Assembly (NCBI GenBank): GCA_050250375.1
Contig: JBFWOS010000001.1
Span: forward strand, 830,361-894,360
Source of the DNA: Candidatus Omnitrophota bacterium
GTDB taxonomy: Bacteria; Omnitrophota; Gorgyraeia; Zapsychrales; Zapsychraceae
Direction of reading: 5' to 3'
DNA: 64,000 nucleotides
The notes under the pieces are model-generated. The model saw nothing but the letters and a program-made list of their open reading frames with translations, searched no databases and was not told the origin of the DNA. Position numbers and translations under genes: made by a program. This document shows, one piece after another, positions 39,274 to 49,265 of this stretch. Position 1 is the stretch's first letter. Each line of letters begins with the position of its first letter.

Positions 39274-40923
39274 TTATTCGTTTAAATACGGGGTGTCGAT
39301 CTTATACCGTTTCGATAACTCTTCAATTTGTTGAATAAGCCCGGTGTTGTCCTGCCCGTCTTTCAGCTGGCCGATCAAATCATAAATCTTGTTAAATGCC
39401 CAGTTCTTGGCGATTTCCTCCGAACCCTTGACCGCCTGGCTCAGAGACGCGTCAACGACAAACTCCGTCACCTTGCCCTCGACATCGCCGACCATCTGCA
39501 GAAGAAATTTATCTTCCCCTCCGTATTTTCCGTACAGGGAAAACTCGACATTCCGGAAAAAATCCGGCAGGAGTTTCGGAAAGATCTGCTCTTCGTTCAG
39601 CCCGCTGGCATGATAACGCACGTTGACCAGAAGCGGGTCTTTGATCTTGTCATATAAGTTAGATAAATAAACACCGATCTGATGGGACCGGTAAGAATAT
39701 TCGCTCCAGCCGCGGTTCTTATAAGTAATAAAATCAAGCAGATAGCGGTTCACGTTAAGCCCGCCGCTGAATCCGAAGATTGACCGCAGTCCGTTGTTCA
39801 GATCAGAAACTTCATGAATGATCCGCCGGGGTTCAGTAACCCCCTGGGTAGGAAACCCATCGCTCAAAAATATAATGTAAGATGGGGTCTTGTTGACCGG
39901 CCTGGAAATACTTTTGAACAGCGCGTTGTAGGCGTCCGTCTTGGTCCCCAACGACAGGCGGTCGACAAAAAACAAGGCCTTTCGAATATTTTCTTCCGTG
40001 GGTTCAACCGACTGCGGCATAAATTCAACAATAAATTTCTTAAAGGCAAGCACGTTAAAAGTGTCCCCCGGATTCAGATTCTTCAGACTGTATTCAAGCC
40101 CTTCTTTAAACTGGCGGAATCGTTTTTCCGTGGTGCTTTTCGAACAATCAATCAGAAAAACGATCTCCTTATTGATGGTCTTGAGTTCATGCCCGTCCTT
40201 GCCGACTTTCATGTTGATCTGGAAATATTTTTCCTTCGTTTTGGGATCTTCATATGTCAGTATTTCACTGACCAGATATTCTTTCAAATCCGTAAAATGG
40301 CTTTTCTTGGCGATCAGGGGCTGATAATTGCTGTTGATGACACCGGTATTTTCTTTCGTCGATATGTCCTTGTCCAGCGGATTCCATTTCGGGGTAAACC
40401 CGGGCATTTTTTCATGAAATTCTTCCGGCTCGATTTTCTGTTCAATCACCTGTTCCGGATCGATGATCGAATTTTGCTGGGTTAATTTGCTGATTTCAAT
40501 CATCGGGGCATTGGAGTCGGTGACCGGCTGTTTCTTCAACATGGATAAATCCCGGAATGTCCTGGCCGGGTCTTTTTTTTCTTCCTGCACCCGGGATGAA
40601 AAAAGCTTCTCGATTTTTTCATCATACGATTGAACGATCGGCTCGTGTTTGGCGGACTCAAACTGCTCGGTTGTTTTCTTGGACAGCTCCAGCTCAGACG
40701 GCTGCTGGAACTGGATCCGCTCGGTATAATCAGTTGGTTTGGCCTCGGCCGGTTTCCTGTCGGGAATATCGACATGGATTTGATTGATTTTAAAATTCTT
40801 CCGTTCTTTTATCTTTTCACGGGCCGCTCCGCTGAGCTTCATCTTGGTCGTCCCGAACAAAAATAATACGTGCACGGAAATCGAAATCAATATGGCGATT
40901 AATACTTTGTCTTTTTGTTTCAT
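39274..40923 (-). CDS. TonB-like anchored vWA (ITIH-type) domain protein
   Basis: N-terminal TM with SISVH; charged linker; MIDAS DCSKS...T...SDG; WA..KI...Y.I.TPY tail. Confidence 0.85.
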   Translation of the reverse strand: MKQKDKVLIAILISISVHVLFLFGTTKMKLSGAAREKIKERKNFKINQIHVDIPDRKPAEAKPTDYTERIQFQQPSELELSKKTTEQFESAKHEPIVQSYDEKIEKLFSSRVQEEKKDPARTFRDLSMLKKQPVTDSNAPMIEISKLTQQNSIIDPEQVIEQKIEPEEFHEKMPGFTPKWNPLDKDISTKENTGVINSNYQPLIAKKSHFTDLKEYLVSEILTYEDPKTKEKYFQINMKVGKDGHELKTINKEIVFLIDCSKSTTEKRFRQFKEGLEYSLKNLNPGDTFNVLAFKKFIVEFMPQSVEPTEENIRKALFFVDRLSLGTKTDAYNALFKSISRPVNKTPSYIIFLSDGFPTQGVTEPRRIIHEVSDLNNGLRSIFGFSGGLNVNRYLLDFITYKNRGWSEYSYRSHQIGVYLSNLYDKIKDPLLVNVRYHASGLNEEQIFPKLLPDFFRNVEFSLYGKYGGEDKFLLQMVGDVEGKVTEFVVDASLSQAVKGSEEIAKNWAFNKIYDLIGQLKDGQDNTGLIQQIEELSKRYKIDTPYLNE

Positions 40924-43271
40924 GGGTTAAGGACGGCCAGTCTTTTCTGGGCTTCTTCAAAGCGGTGGCTGCCGGTGTAAAGCTGGATGATTTCCTGGTA
41001 AACATTCCGGGCGTCATTCAGTTTATTGGTTTTCTCAAAAATGAGCCCGGCCTGGTAAAGTGACTCGGGACAATAATAGGGTTCATTGTATAATACGGCG
41101 ACCAGCATATAAAATTTCGCCGCTTCTTCCAGTTTTCCCTGACGGGCCAGGAGATTGCCCATTTCAAAACGGCCCTTGAGGGTGATCGTCCCGTCCGCGC
41201 TGAAATCGAGCAGGATCTTGTCGAGCAGTTCTTTGGCCTTCCCGTATTCCTGCTTCTCCGCCAGGCACTGGGCCTTTCCAAGCATCGCCTGCGCCACGTA
41301 TAAACTGTTATTCGGGACGGCTATGGCCGTATCATATAAAACCGCGGCCTGGTCGCATTGCCCCTGTCTCTGGTGGGCCGTGGCCTTAAAATACGCGACG
41401 GCCTGCCGGTCATCGTCCGTGTTTAATTTACCGGCGGCCTTGTCCAGAACAGACAAGACCGTGTCATAGGCCTTGGCCTCAAGGCTTTTTTCTGCCAGCC
41501 ATAAATACATGTCGATGGTCAGATCATTCTGGTCGTAACTATTGATAATCTCTTTCAACAGAAGGATCGCTCTTGGGAAATTTTTCTGATCAATATAGAT
41601 AAGCGTCAGATTCTTCCGGGCGGAATAATAAATCGACGGGTTTTCTTTGTTATGCGGGACCTTTTCATAATACTGGATTGCCTTTTCAATATTTCCATCG
41701 AGCTGAAGATTATAGGCCAGCAGGAACAGGCTTTCTTCCCGCTTCGGATTTTTTGCATCACCGTTAACAATCTGCTCAAAAATGGAAACGGCTTCTTTGT
41801 ATTGTTTCTGTTTCGAATAGAGTGAGCCGAGCAAAAAGCGGATCTTCTCAATATTGGGATCATCCGGATACGCCGATAAATAGAGCAAGGCATCTTTCAG
41901 CGCCTTGTCATTCTGTTCCATCTTGCTTTTTAAGAGGATCTGATTATAAAGGGCCTCTTTTTTCTTCACTTCATCGACGGACGAACTAAAGTACTGCTCG
42001 AACAGTTCCGCGGCCTCGGTCTCTTTTCCCAGCGCGTTTTTGGCATGCGCCAGCCCGTAAAAGGCCTCGTTTTTATATGTCGTCTCGGGATATTTCTGGA
42101 GCAATTCGTTATACAGATCATGAGCGTCCTGGAAGCGAACGAGGCTGTAACTGGATTCGGCTTTAAAAAACAGCCCTTTTTCGGCATAAGCCGGCTGGTC
42201 TTTCCATTTCTGGTCGATCAGGGTGATCACATCCTGGTACCGTTTCGACAGGAATAAAATTTCAACTTTAACGTCCGTTGCCTTGTTGACCTCATCCTGG
42301 GTCAGATCCTTGACGGCCAGGGCCTTGTCGATCTCTTTTAAGGCCTCATCATATTGACCCAGTTGTTTCAAGGAGCGGGAAAGGACATAACGCGCGTCGA
42401 ACAGCCGGCCTTCCGGGGTCAGCATGGATTCATAATGACGGTACCGTGAAACAACGGCATTGTACGCCGGGACATTGAACAAGGCCAATAACAAATTACT
42501 GACCGCATCTTCACCCAGGGCGATGTCGGATTTGATATCAACCACCTCCGCGAACAGGTCAGCGCTGACCTCATAATCTTCCGCCAGAAACGCCGTTTCG
42601 GCCTGCCGGTAAAGCGCGATGCTTTTGACCGCCGGATCCTTGGCCGCCTGAACGGCTTTCCTGAAATAATTGACCGCGGACGGATAGTCCCCGGTGCCTT
42701 TATAGATCTCGCCCAGTTTAATATACCCTTCAATCGCCGTCGGACTTTCATCATCGACACCCTCTATCTTCTGGTAATCCTTGATCGCTTCGGCGGGCTT
42801 CCCCTTGGCCGTATTGATCTGCCCCAGGAACAAATATTTCTTCTGCAGCCACTGATCCTCCAGACCTTCTTCATTGATGGCGGATATGGCCGAATATGCC
42901 TCATCATATTTTTTTAAATTCAGCAGGCATTCTCCCAGACGCAGAAGGGCCAGGTGGATTTTATCGCGGTTATTAAAAAGATTGACGTACTTCTGGTAGA
43001 CGGCCGCAGCCTCGCTGAAACGGCCCATGGAAAAATGGCTTTCGGCCAGCCCGAAATAAGCCTCGTGGACATACGTACTGTCCGGAAAACGGTCAATAAA
43101 CTGCTGATACTCCCCGCCGGCCATGTCATAAAGACCGCGTTGATATAACCCGTGGGCAAAATCAATCTTCTCAAAAAACGGGTCGACAGCCGGCTGGGCG
43201 AAGACAGGGCCCGGCCCGCAGGTCAGGAGCAAATTCAACAAAAATAGGATGGTCCGGTTTTTATTGATCAT
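40920..43271 (-). CDS. Periplasmic multi-TPR protein (YbgF/CpoB-like repeats)
   Basis: Signal peptide; many TPR units (FPDS, YPET, A.F.LA); 4-bp overlap with the next gene. Confidence 0.9.
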   Translation of the reverse strand: MINKNRTILFLLNLLLTCGPGPVFAQPAVDPFFEKIDFAHGLYQRGLYDMAGGEYQQFIDRFPDSTYVHEAYFGLAESHFSMGRFSEAAAVYQKYVNLFNNRDKIHLALLRLGECLLNLKKYDEAYSAISAINEEGLEDQWLQKKYLFLGQINTAKGKPAEAIKDYQKIEGVDDESPTAIEGYIKLGEIYKGTGDYPSAVNYFRKAVQAAKDPAVKSIALYRQAETAFLAEDYEVSADLFAEVVDIKSDIALGEDAVSNLLLALFNVPAYNAVVSRYRHYESMLTPEGRLFDARYVLSRSLKQLGQYDEALKEIDKALAVKDLTQDEVNKATDVKVEILFLSKRYQDVITLIDQKWKDQPAYAEKGLFFKAESSYSLVRFQDAHDLYNELLQKYPETTYKNEAFYGLAHAKNALGKETEAAELFEQYFSSSVDEVKKKEALYNQILLKSKMEQNDKALKDALLYLSAYPDDPNIEKIRFLLGSLYSKQKQYKEAVSIFEQIVNGDAKNPKREESLFLLAYNLQLDGNIEKAIQYYEKVPHNKENPSIYYSARKNLTLIYIDQKNFPRAILLLKEIINSYDQNDLTIDMYLWLAEKSLEAKAYDTVLSVLDKAAGKLNTDDDRQAVAYFKATAHQRQGQCDQAAVLYDTAIAVPNNSLYVAQAMLGKAQCLAEKQEYGKAKELLDKILLDFSADGTITLKGRFEMGNLLARQGKLEEAAKFYMLVAVLYNEPYYCPESLYQAGLIFEKTNKLNDARNVYQEIIQLYTGSHRFEEAQKRLAVLNP

Positions 43272-43695
43272 TCAGCGGTTTTTCGTTCTGGGTCGCAAAG
43301 GATATATTCCAGATATTGGCTTTGGCGCAGGCGTCCAGCGCGTTAATGACATATTTGTGAATCGTATTTTCGTCCGCCCGGATGATGACCGACTGGTCCG
43401 GAAAAAGGTTTGAGACCCGCATCAGCATGCTCTCCAGGCCTTCCTGGTTTAAGTTTTTCTGGTTGACGATAAACTGCCCGGCCTTGTCGATGTTAATGAT
43501 GATCTCACCGGGACTGCGCATGGCCTGGGTTGATTCCTTGGCCTGCGGGACGCTGATATTGATCTCCGTTTCCTGCTGGTTGAAAATGGACAGGGTCATA
43601 AAAAAGACCAGGGTCAAAAAGACGATATCAATCAGCGGGGCCATATGGACGACCGGCCTTATTTTCTGGTATTCGGATATTTCATATTTTGACAT
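43261..43695 (-). CDS. exbD: Biopolymer transport protein ExbD/TolR
   Basis: MAPLIDIVFLTLVFFM with the conserved Asp; VIIRAD. Confidence 0.92.
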   Translation of the reverse strand: MSKYEISEYQKIRPVVHMAPLIDIVFLTLVFFMTLSIFNQQETEINISVPQAKESTQAMRSPGEIIINIDKAGQFIVNQKNLNQEGLESMLMRVSNLFPDQSVIIRADENTIHKYVINALDACAKANIWNISFATQNEKPLNDQ

Positions 43696-43697
43696 GA

Positions 43698-44465
43698 TCA
43701 GGCTCCTGACTTCTCAAAAATCTTGATGATATCGGTCCCGTACGTTTCGATCTCATGGGCGATGTTTTGGACGATGCCGCGGAAATAGGTATAAAACAGC
43801 ATCACCGGGATCGCGATCACCAGGCCGCCCGCCGTCGTGATCATGGCCTTTGAAACCCCTCCGGCCAAAAGAATTGGTTTGACCACCGCCGACTGAAACG
43901 CGATCACGTTGAAGGCCTGGATCATCCCCAGGACCGTCCCCAGCAATCCGACCAAAGGCGCCACCGCGGCAATATCCGCCAGGTAACTGATGCTCTGCCA
44001 GAGATCACCGATCTCTTTTTTCACCTGGTTTTCCATGGCCTCTTTGGCAAACAGCTTTCCCCGCTTTTTCTTGTTCAGTCCGGCATTGATAATATTGACA
44101 ATCGGATTGGATACATTTTTGCAGGTCTCGCGGATGATGCTTTCCTGTCCGCTTTCCATCTGTTCGATCAGCCGTTCCGTAAAATCCCGCGGGACCAGTT
44201 TGCTGACCTTCATATTCATGAACAAATAGACGACGATCGCCCCGGCCACAACCGACAAAGCGAACAGCACAATCATCGTAACCCCGCCGCTCTTGATCGT
44301 GTCCCACATGTTCATCCCTTCTTTGGATTTCTCCAGGGAATCAACATAAGACTGGACCTTGGCATCCGTCTGACTGTAAACCAAAACCGGTTTGTAACCG
44401 CAGATAAACAGGGCTAACAAGCCGGCCGCGGCCAATTTAATTACTGTTGATCGTGATTTCATCAA
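43698..44465 (-). CDS. exbB: MotA/TolQ/ExbB proton channel protein
   Basis: APLVGLLGTVLGMI and GVSKAMITTAGGLVIAIP motifs. Confidence 0.92.
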   Translation of the reverse strand: MMKSRSTVIKLAAAGLLALFICGYKPVLVYSQTDAKVQSYVDSLEKSKEGMNMWDTIKSGGVTMIVLFALSVVAGAIVVYLFMNMKVSKLVPRDFTERLIEQMESGQESIIRETCKNVSNPIVNIINAGLNKKKRGKLFAKEAMENQVKKEIGDLWQSISYLADIAAVAPLVGLLGTVLGMIQAFNVIAFQSAVVKPILLAGGVSKAMITTAGGLVIAIPVMLFYTYFRGIVQNIAHEIETYGTDIIKIFEKSGA

Positions 44466-44691
44466 TAGCTCCTTTAGTCATTATAAGATGGATTTTAATC
44501 CTAAGAATTACTTCGGTGGAATTAACCTGGACCTCTGGGTCTTAGCTGCCCGGACTTTTTGGTTCTCCGGAACAATTTATTGTACTATTTTAAGAAAATT
44601 TCCTATTAAAGCAAACAAATAATTTATAGGTTATACGGAATGGACGAGATTTCTTGGGCCGGACCGGTTTTCCGGAAAAAAGATCCCTGGA

Positions 44692-45735
44692 TTACGGCCT
44701 TCTTTCCCGCAGCATTTGCTCGATCTGGTACAGGACCCCGCCCGCCATAGCCGGCTTAGGCACCAGCATTTTTCTAGCGGTCACGGTGATTTTGACGGTT
44801 TTCTTCTCGGTTTTTTTGATTTCAAACTTCAGGTCATGCCCGTCAACCTTGGCCAGAATCACCCCCTCAAGGCGGTGCTGCTTTTTCAGCTTTCCTTTCA
44901 GTTCAACGTACTTGAGACAAATCTCAAAGGCCTCTTTGGCATCAATCTCCAGTTCGATGGTCGAATCATCCTTGGCCACAATAATGCCCAGCACACCAGC
45001 CGGCAGGAAACCCACCCCCATGACCGCCGCAGCCGCGTAAATACCGGCCCCTTTAATAGCGGTCGGGCCCATCGCCTGGACAATGATCGAAGTGATCAGC
45101 TGATTGACCCCGTTGACATTTTTAATCGTCTTGTTCTTCAGTCCCACATCATACACCCTGACTGCGGGCGAATCACCTTTGGTAAAATCCTTAAAAATCA
45201 CCCGGTCCACATTAAGTTTTAAAAGGTCGATCTTGAGTTCAGGCATGCCGGGGATTTCTTTCTTGGCCGGCGGTCCTGTAGGCGGTTCAGCCGGTTTTCC
45301 TTCTTTCGGCACCGGCGGTGAAACAGAACTGGCCAGCGCGTCCACATTCAGCTTTTTATCTTTGCTTTTAACGACGATCAACTCGTGCACATTGACCACC
45401 ACCAGCGGCAGATGGATCTGCCCGCGCAGCAGGGCCCACAAATTGCTTTTGACGGTTATTTCCGGAATGGTGAGAAAGGCCTCATCGGGAAAGCCGGGCG
45501 GATTAAAAAGGACGAGGTCTTTGAGGCTGATTTTCTGGGTGATCAGGCCTAAGGAAAAATGGCCTAGTTTGATTTTAGTCCCGATCGCGGAAGGGCCCAG
45601 ACGGATGATCGCGGATTTGATCACCCGGTCTTTGACGACACCGGCAGCCATAACAACGCAGACGAAGATCAGCAGATATTTTAATTGGAAGGGCGAACGG
45701 TTAACTGTCTTTTTTCTGGGTTTCGGGCCGGGCAT
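44692..45735 (-). CDS. AsmA-like membrane-anchored protein
   Basis: TM anchor, NPPGF motif, Pro-rich linker. Confidence 0.7.
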   Translation of the reverse strand: MPGPKPRKKTVNRSPFQLKYLLIFVCVVMAAGVVKDRVIKSAIIRLGPSAIGTKIKLGHFSLGLITQKISLKDLVLFNPPGFPDEAFLTIPEITVKSNLWALLRGQIHLPLVVVNVHELIVVKSKDKKLNVDALASSVSPPVPKEGKPAEPPTGPPAKKEIPGMPELKIDLLKLNVDRVIFKDFTKGDSPAVRVYDVGLKNKTIKNVNGVNQLITSIIVQAMGPTAIKGAGIYAAAAVMGVGFLPAGVLGIIVAKDDSTIELEIDAKEAFEICLKYVELKGKLKKQHRLEGVILAKVDGHDLKFEIKKTEKKTVKITVTARKMLVPKPAMAGGVLYQIEQMLRERRP

Positions 45736-45757
45736 CGGGCTGTTATTATTCTCCGGT

Positions 45758-45797
45758 AAAAAAGGGACAGACCCTCAACTGCGCGAAGATCTGTCCC
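45758..45797 (-). terminator. Intrinsic terminator
   Basis: GGGACAGA/TCTGTCCC stem followed by T6 on the minus strand. Confidence 0.7.
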
Positions 45798-45823
45798 CTG
45801 GATTTATCCGAAATCAATAAGTA

Positions 45824-46360
45824 TTATTGATTGATTTTTTGTTTCAAACTTTCCACATCCTTGGCAGAAAAGTTCTGAACGATCTGGATCTGATCGTTAT
45901 AGACGGTGACGTCCCCGTTATCTTTGGCAACGGATGAATACAGGATGTTTCCCGCTTCGTCTTTGGCCAAAACAGCGCCGTCTGTCCGTTCAAGGACGAT
46001 CTTCGGGGTCTCCCCGTTTTCTGTCTTTGATTGGAGGGTGATCTGGTCTGTTTCGGCATTATACGAAACGATGACCTCTTCCCCTTTGTTGTTCACGAAT
46101 TTCTTTTCGCCGTTGTCGTTCAGCGCGACCGGGTTTTCCCCTGTCCAGAATTCAATCGAGTTAAAGATGATCGCGTCGGCCCAGGTCGCAATCCCGTAAA
46201 TCGGGATAAGGACACACCCCAGGAAGAACAGTTCATCGGCCCATTTATCCGTTTGTGAGCGGTGGGCGTTGTAGACTTTTTTGGTCAGATTAAAAGAGCC
46301 CGTGCAACCGATACTACTTGTCACGGTTAGAATAAGTAGAAATGTGATTGCCTTTTTCAA
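45824..46360 (-). CDS. DUF3332 family lipoprotein
   Basis: TTG start with GGAGG; GCTGSFNLT and D.IIFNSIEFWTGENP motifs. Confidence 0.88.
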   Translation of the reverse strand: MKKAITFLLILTVTSSIGCTGSFNLTKKVYNAHRSQTDKWADELFFLGCVLIPIYGIATWADAIIFNSIEFWTGENPVALNDNGEKKFVNNKGEEVIVSYNAETDQITLQSKTENGETPKIVLERTDGAVLAKDEAGNILYSSVAKDNGDVTVYNDQIQIVQNFSAKDVESLKQKINQ

Positions 46361-46430
46361 TGCTTCCTCCTTGTTGGGGTTAAAATTAATTTTTCCCATT
46401 ATACCATATTTCATAAAATCAAATAAATTT

Positions 46431-47201
46431 TTAAAGACTTCTTTGACGGCGGGCCTCATAAATCAGGATGGACGCGCTTACGGTCACGTTCAGGGACGAA
46501 GCCTGCCCGAGCATCGGAATCTTGATGGATCGGTCACAGCGTTCCTGCCAGAATGACGACACACCGTGATGTTCGTTCCCCAGAATGATCGCCGTGCTTC
46601 CGCGAAAATCCGCGTCCGTATACAAGGCTTCCGCTTTGGCGGTGGCCGCAAAGAGACGGATCTTGTTTGATTGAAGGTATTCGTAAAGATCTTCTTTGGA
46701 AGCGCCGACCGTCCTGACACAGAAAATCGTTCCGATGCTGGAACGCACGACATGCTGGTTATAGATATCCGTCTGGCCGTCACACATGATGACCGCGTCG
46801 ACACCGGCCCCGTCGCAGGTCCTGATCACCGCCCCCAGGTTGCCGGGTTTTTCGACATTTTCCAGGATCACGATCAGCGGCTGTTCCCCCAGGATAATAT
46901 CGCTCAAATGCGGCTGGACCGGTTTGCATAACGCGAGAATTCCCTTGAGCCTCGACCCGAAGGCCATTTTCGCAAAGACGTCTTTGGTCACCTCAACAAC
47001 ATTCAATCCGGAAAATTCTCCATCGGCCGGCATAAAAATCTCCGGACAGATATACAACACCTCCACCGGGACCCCGGCCCTGACAGCGCGGTTCACTTCC
47101 GGATAACCTTCCACAATGACTAATCCCGTGAGTTTGCGGTAATCGCGTGTGCGCAGGCGGTTGACTTCAATAACCGATTCGGATTGAATATCACTGATCA
47201 T
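46431..47201 (-). CDS. TrmH/SpoU family RNA methyltransferase
   Basis: EKPGNLGAVIRT, LGNEHHG and IPMLGQASSLNV SPOUT motifs. Confidence 0.93.
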   Translation of the reverse strand: MISDIQSESVIEVNRLRTRDYRKLTGLVIVEGYPEVNRAVRAGVPVEVLYICPEIFMPADGEFSGLNVVEVTKDVFAKMAFGSRLKGILALCKPVQPHLSDIILGEQPLIVILENVEKPGNLGAVIRTCDGAGVDAVIMCDGQTDIYNQHVVRSSIGTIFCVRTVGASKEDLYEYLQSNKIRLFAATAKAEALYTDADFRGSTAIILGNEHHGVSSFWQERCDRSIKIPMLGQASSLNVTVSASILIYEARRQRSL

Positions 47202-47836
47202 TGGTCGACGGTCTCTCCGTCTCTCATTTGTTCAAGCGCCCGCGCAAACCGGGTGGACCAGACGCGGAAAATGTCAGAGACCATTTCCGATTCTTCCGGA
47301 CTGGTCAAGGGCTGTTCATGATCCGGTGATATAAGGACATGTTCATCGGTAAAGACAGCCAGTTCTTCTTTGGTTTGCGCGTCCAGCAGCCGGCATTCAA
47401 GGGAAAGGTTTGTTTCCACGGACTTGCTTTTGGTGATCATCCAGTTGATCAGCCCCATGTCTTCCGACCGGAACCGGCCTGACAACTTGATATTCAGGAT
47501 CAGGGCCTTTTGGGAAGGGTCAATATCCTGGTTCTCGTTGACCGGAATAATCTCTTTAATGTTGAGCAGAAAATAATCATACAATTCCAGCGCCAGGTCG
47601 TTCAGCAACTTTTCATCCAGCCGGCCGGTTTCAAACGAACGTTTGTCATCATCGTAAACCTCGAACGTCATGTCCCGCAAATCAATATTCTGGACGTAGA
47701 GTTCCGTGTAAGACGTGTAATCCGCGTCCTTCTTTTTGTGTTCCACCGTAATCTTGGCCTCAGCGCAGATTCCGTTGAGGCTGATTAACAAAATTAAAAA
47801 AGAAATAAACCGATGTTTTAATGTCATCCATTTCAC
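47198..47836 (-). CDS. Secreted hypothetical protein (DUF4410/DUF3313-like)
   Basis: Signal peptide; LECRLLDAQT.E.LA motif. Confidence 0.65.
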   Translation of the reverse strand: MKWMTLKHRFISFLILLISLNGICAEAKITVEHKKKDADYTSYTELYVQNIDLRDMTFEVYDDDKRSFETGRLDEKLLNDLALELYDYFLLNIKEIIPVNENQDIDPSQKALILNIKLSGRFRSEDMGLINWMITKSKSVETNLSLECRLLDAQTKEELAVFTDEHVLISPDHEQPLTSPEESEMVSDIFRVWSTRFARALEQMRDGETVDQ

Positions 47837-47841
47837 CTGAT

Positions 47842-48342
47842 TTAGCGGTTAACCGAATTTTGAACCGGACGGGTACGGATCATGATTTCAACGGCCGCCA
47901 AAGGCAAAAAACTCAGCCAGACAAAGAGCGGATACCAGAAATCAAAATTCATTTTATAATCCGCCCGGGTGCATGTCTCCAGAAAAATAATAAAAAGCCT
48001 CAGGGCCGGCGCGGCCAAGACCAGCGCGTAACTGCGTATCATCCAGCGCTGATGTTCGGTGATCTTTTTTGCCCTGATGCGTTGATACGCCAGTCCCGTA
48101 AACACAAACCACAGCGCCGACTGCAAGGCTGTCCCGGCCGCGGCCAGGGCCAGGTCCGTTTTAAACGAAATGATCAAACCCGTCGGCGCGCTCACACATA
48201 CACACAAAATATATGTCTTTCCCATCAGCCGGTGAAAGTTAAGGGCGTGACGCCTGATCCAGGGAATAAACTGCCACGGCCCCACGAAAAACGTGATCAC
48301 CCCGGTGATGATATGGACCATCTCAATTAACGAATAATGCAT
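47842..48342 (-). CDS. DUF2306 family membrane protein
   Basis: HI..G, HRLMGKTY and HQRWMIRSYA motifs. Confidence 0.88.
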   Translation of the reverse strand: MHYSLIEMVHIITGVITFFVGPWQFIPWIRRHALNFHRLMGKTYILCVCVSAPTGLIISFKTDLALAAAGTALQSALWFVFTGLAYQRIRAKKITEHQRWMIRSYALVLAAPALRLFIIFLETCTRADYKMNFDFWYPLFVWLSFLPLAAVEIMIRTRPVQNSVNR

Positions 48343-48351
48343 GACTTCATT

Positions 48352-48681
48352 CTATTTTCTGGGCAGGCTTGAATTGAAATTCACCGCGTATTCCACCCAT
48401 TTCTTTAACGCCGCCGGGGTCCCGGTCCCTTCTGCAGACACATAGATCATGCCTTTCATCGGCCGGCCGGTAAAGTCCATCTTGCGCGCGTGCGGTTTTT
48501 TCAAGAGCCCCTCATACTGGTCAGGCCCGACCCGCAGCATCAGATCATCCTTAACGATACCGCAGCACATATGCCCGCGCAGCATAAAACACATCCCGCC
48601 GAACATCTTATGCTCGATGTATCCCGGCTTATCCTTCATAATTTCCCGGACCCGCAATGCCAATTTTTCGTCGTAGGGCAT
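48352..48681 (-). CDS. TfoX N-terminal domain protein
   Basis: KMFGG, LMLRVG and MDFTGRPMKG motifs. Confidence 0.9.
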   Translation of the reverse strand: MPYDEKLALRVREIMKDKPGYIEHKMFGGMCFMLRGHMCCGIVKDDLMLRVGPDQYEGLLKKPHARKMDFTGRPMKGMIYVSAEGTGTPAALKKWVEYAVNFNSSLPRK

Positions 48682-48776
48682 TTAGAATTTCCCTTCCGTT
48701 TGCCTTGCTATTATATGCACGGATTAATTTAATTCAAGGATCTGACAATTAAAGGAAAAATTCATAATCTAACGAC

Positions 48777-49265
48777 TCATTTATCTCTTTCCTTAATTTG
48801 TTCCGCCTTTGCCAGGACTTTCTGAGTCCAGTTCAAATCATCAGAATTGACAACAATGACATCGAAACCAAATCGGGCTCCATCGGAAATAAATGACTCC
48901 TGATCATCTACATGTAATTTAAAACCAAATTTTGAAGGATATTTGGAAGGCAATGGTATTTTCCGATTGCCAATCACCTCTCTTACATGAATGGGTTGAT
49001 TGACCACCTTCACTAAAGACACACCATAAAACTTAAAAAACCTTTTAACAGAACTTACCGAACGAAAAGAAGTTGTATAAATTGCAATTTGCCATCCCTG
49101 ATCCGTTAACCTCCGCATTAATTCAACTGTTCCCCGCCTTAATGGTTCTTTGTAAAAAAGACGCCAAATAAAGGGTACTCGAGTGGCTTCTTTGGGGACT
49201 TCACTATCTAAGCAGATCAAAGTGTCATCTAAATCAAAAGATATGATCATAGTTTTTTTATTCAA
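48777..49265 (-). CDS. HAD-superfamily hypothetical protein
   Basis: SFDLDDTL, YTTS, KYP and HVDD motifs. Confidence 0.8.
   Translation of the reverse strand: MNKKTMIISFDLDDTLICLDSEVPKEATRVPFIWRLFYKEPLRRGTVELMRRLTDQGWQIAIYTTSFRSVSSVKRFFKFYGVSLVKVVNQPIHVREVIGNRKIPLPSKYPSKFGFKLHVDDQESFISDGARFGFDVIVVNSDDLNWTQKVLAKAEQIKERDK

Noticed and set aside
40920-44465. Canonical Tol-Pal or TonB uptake locus
   Set aside because: No tolB, pal, TonB_C domain or TonB-dependent receptor in the window
44470-44600. Possible riboswitch upstream of exbB (contains CACCGAAG on the minus strand)
   Set aside because: Other glycine-riboswitch elements (GGAGAG, CTCTCAGG) and cobalamin or TPP cores are absent
39814-45820. 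Long plus-strand ORFs (e.g. 39814..40485 and 45104..45820)
   Set aside because: Antisense shadows of well-supported minus-strand genes
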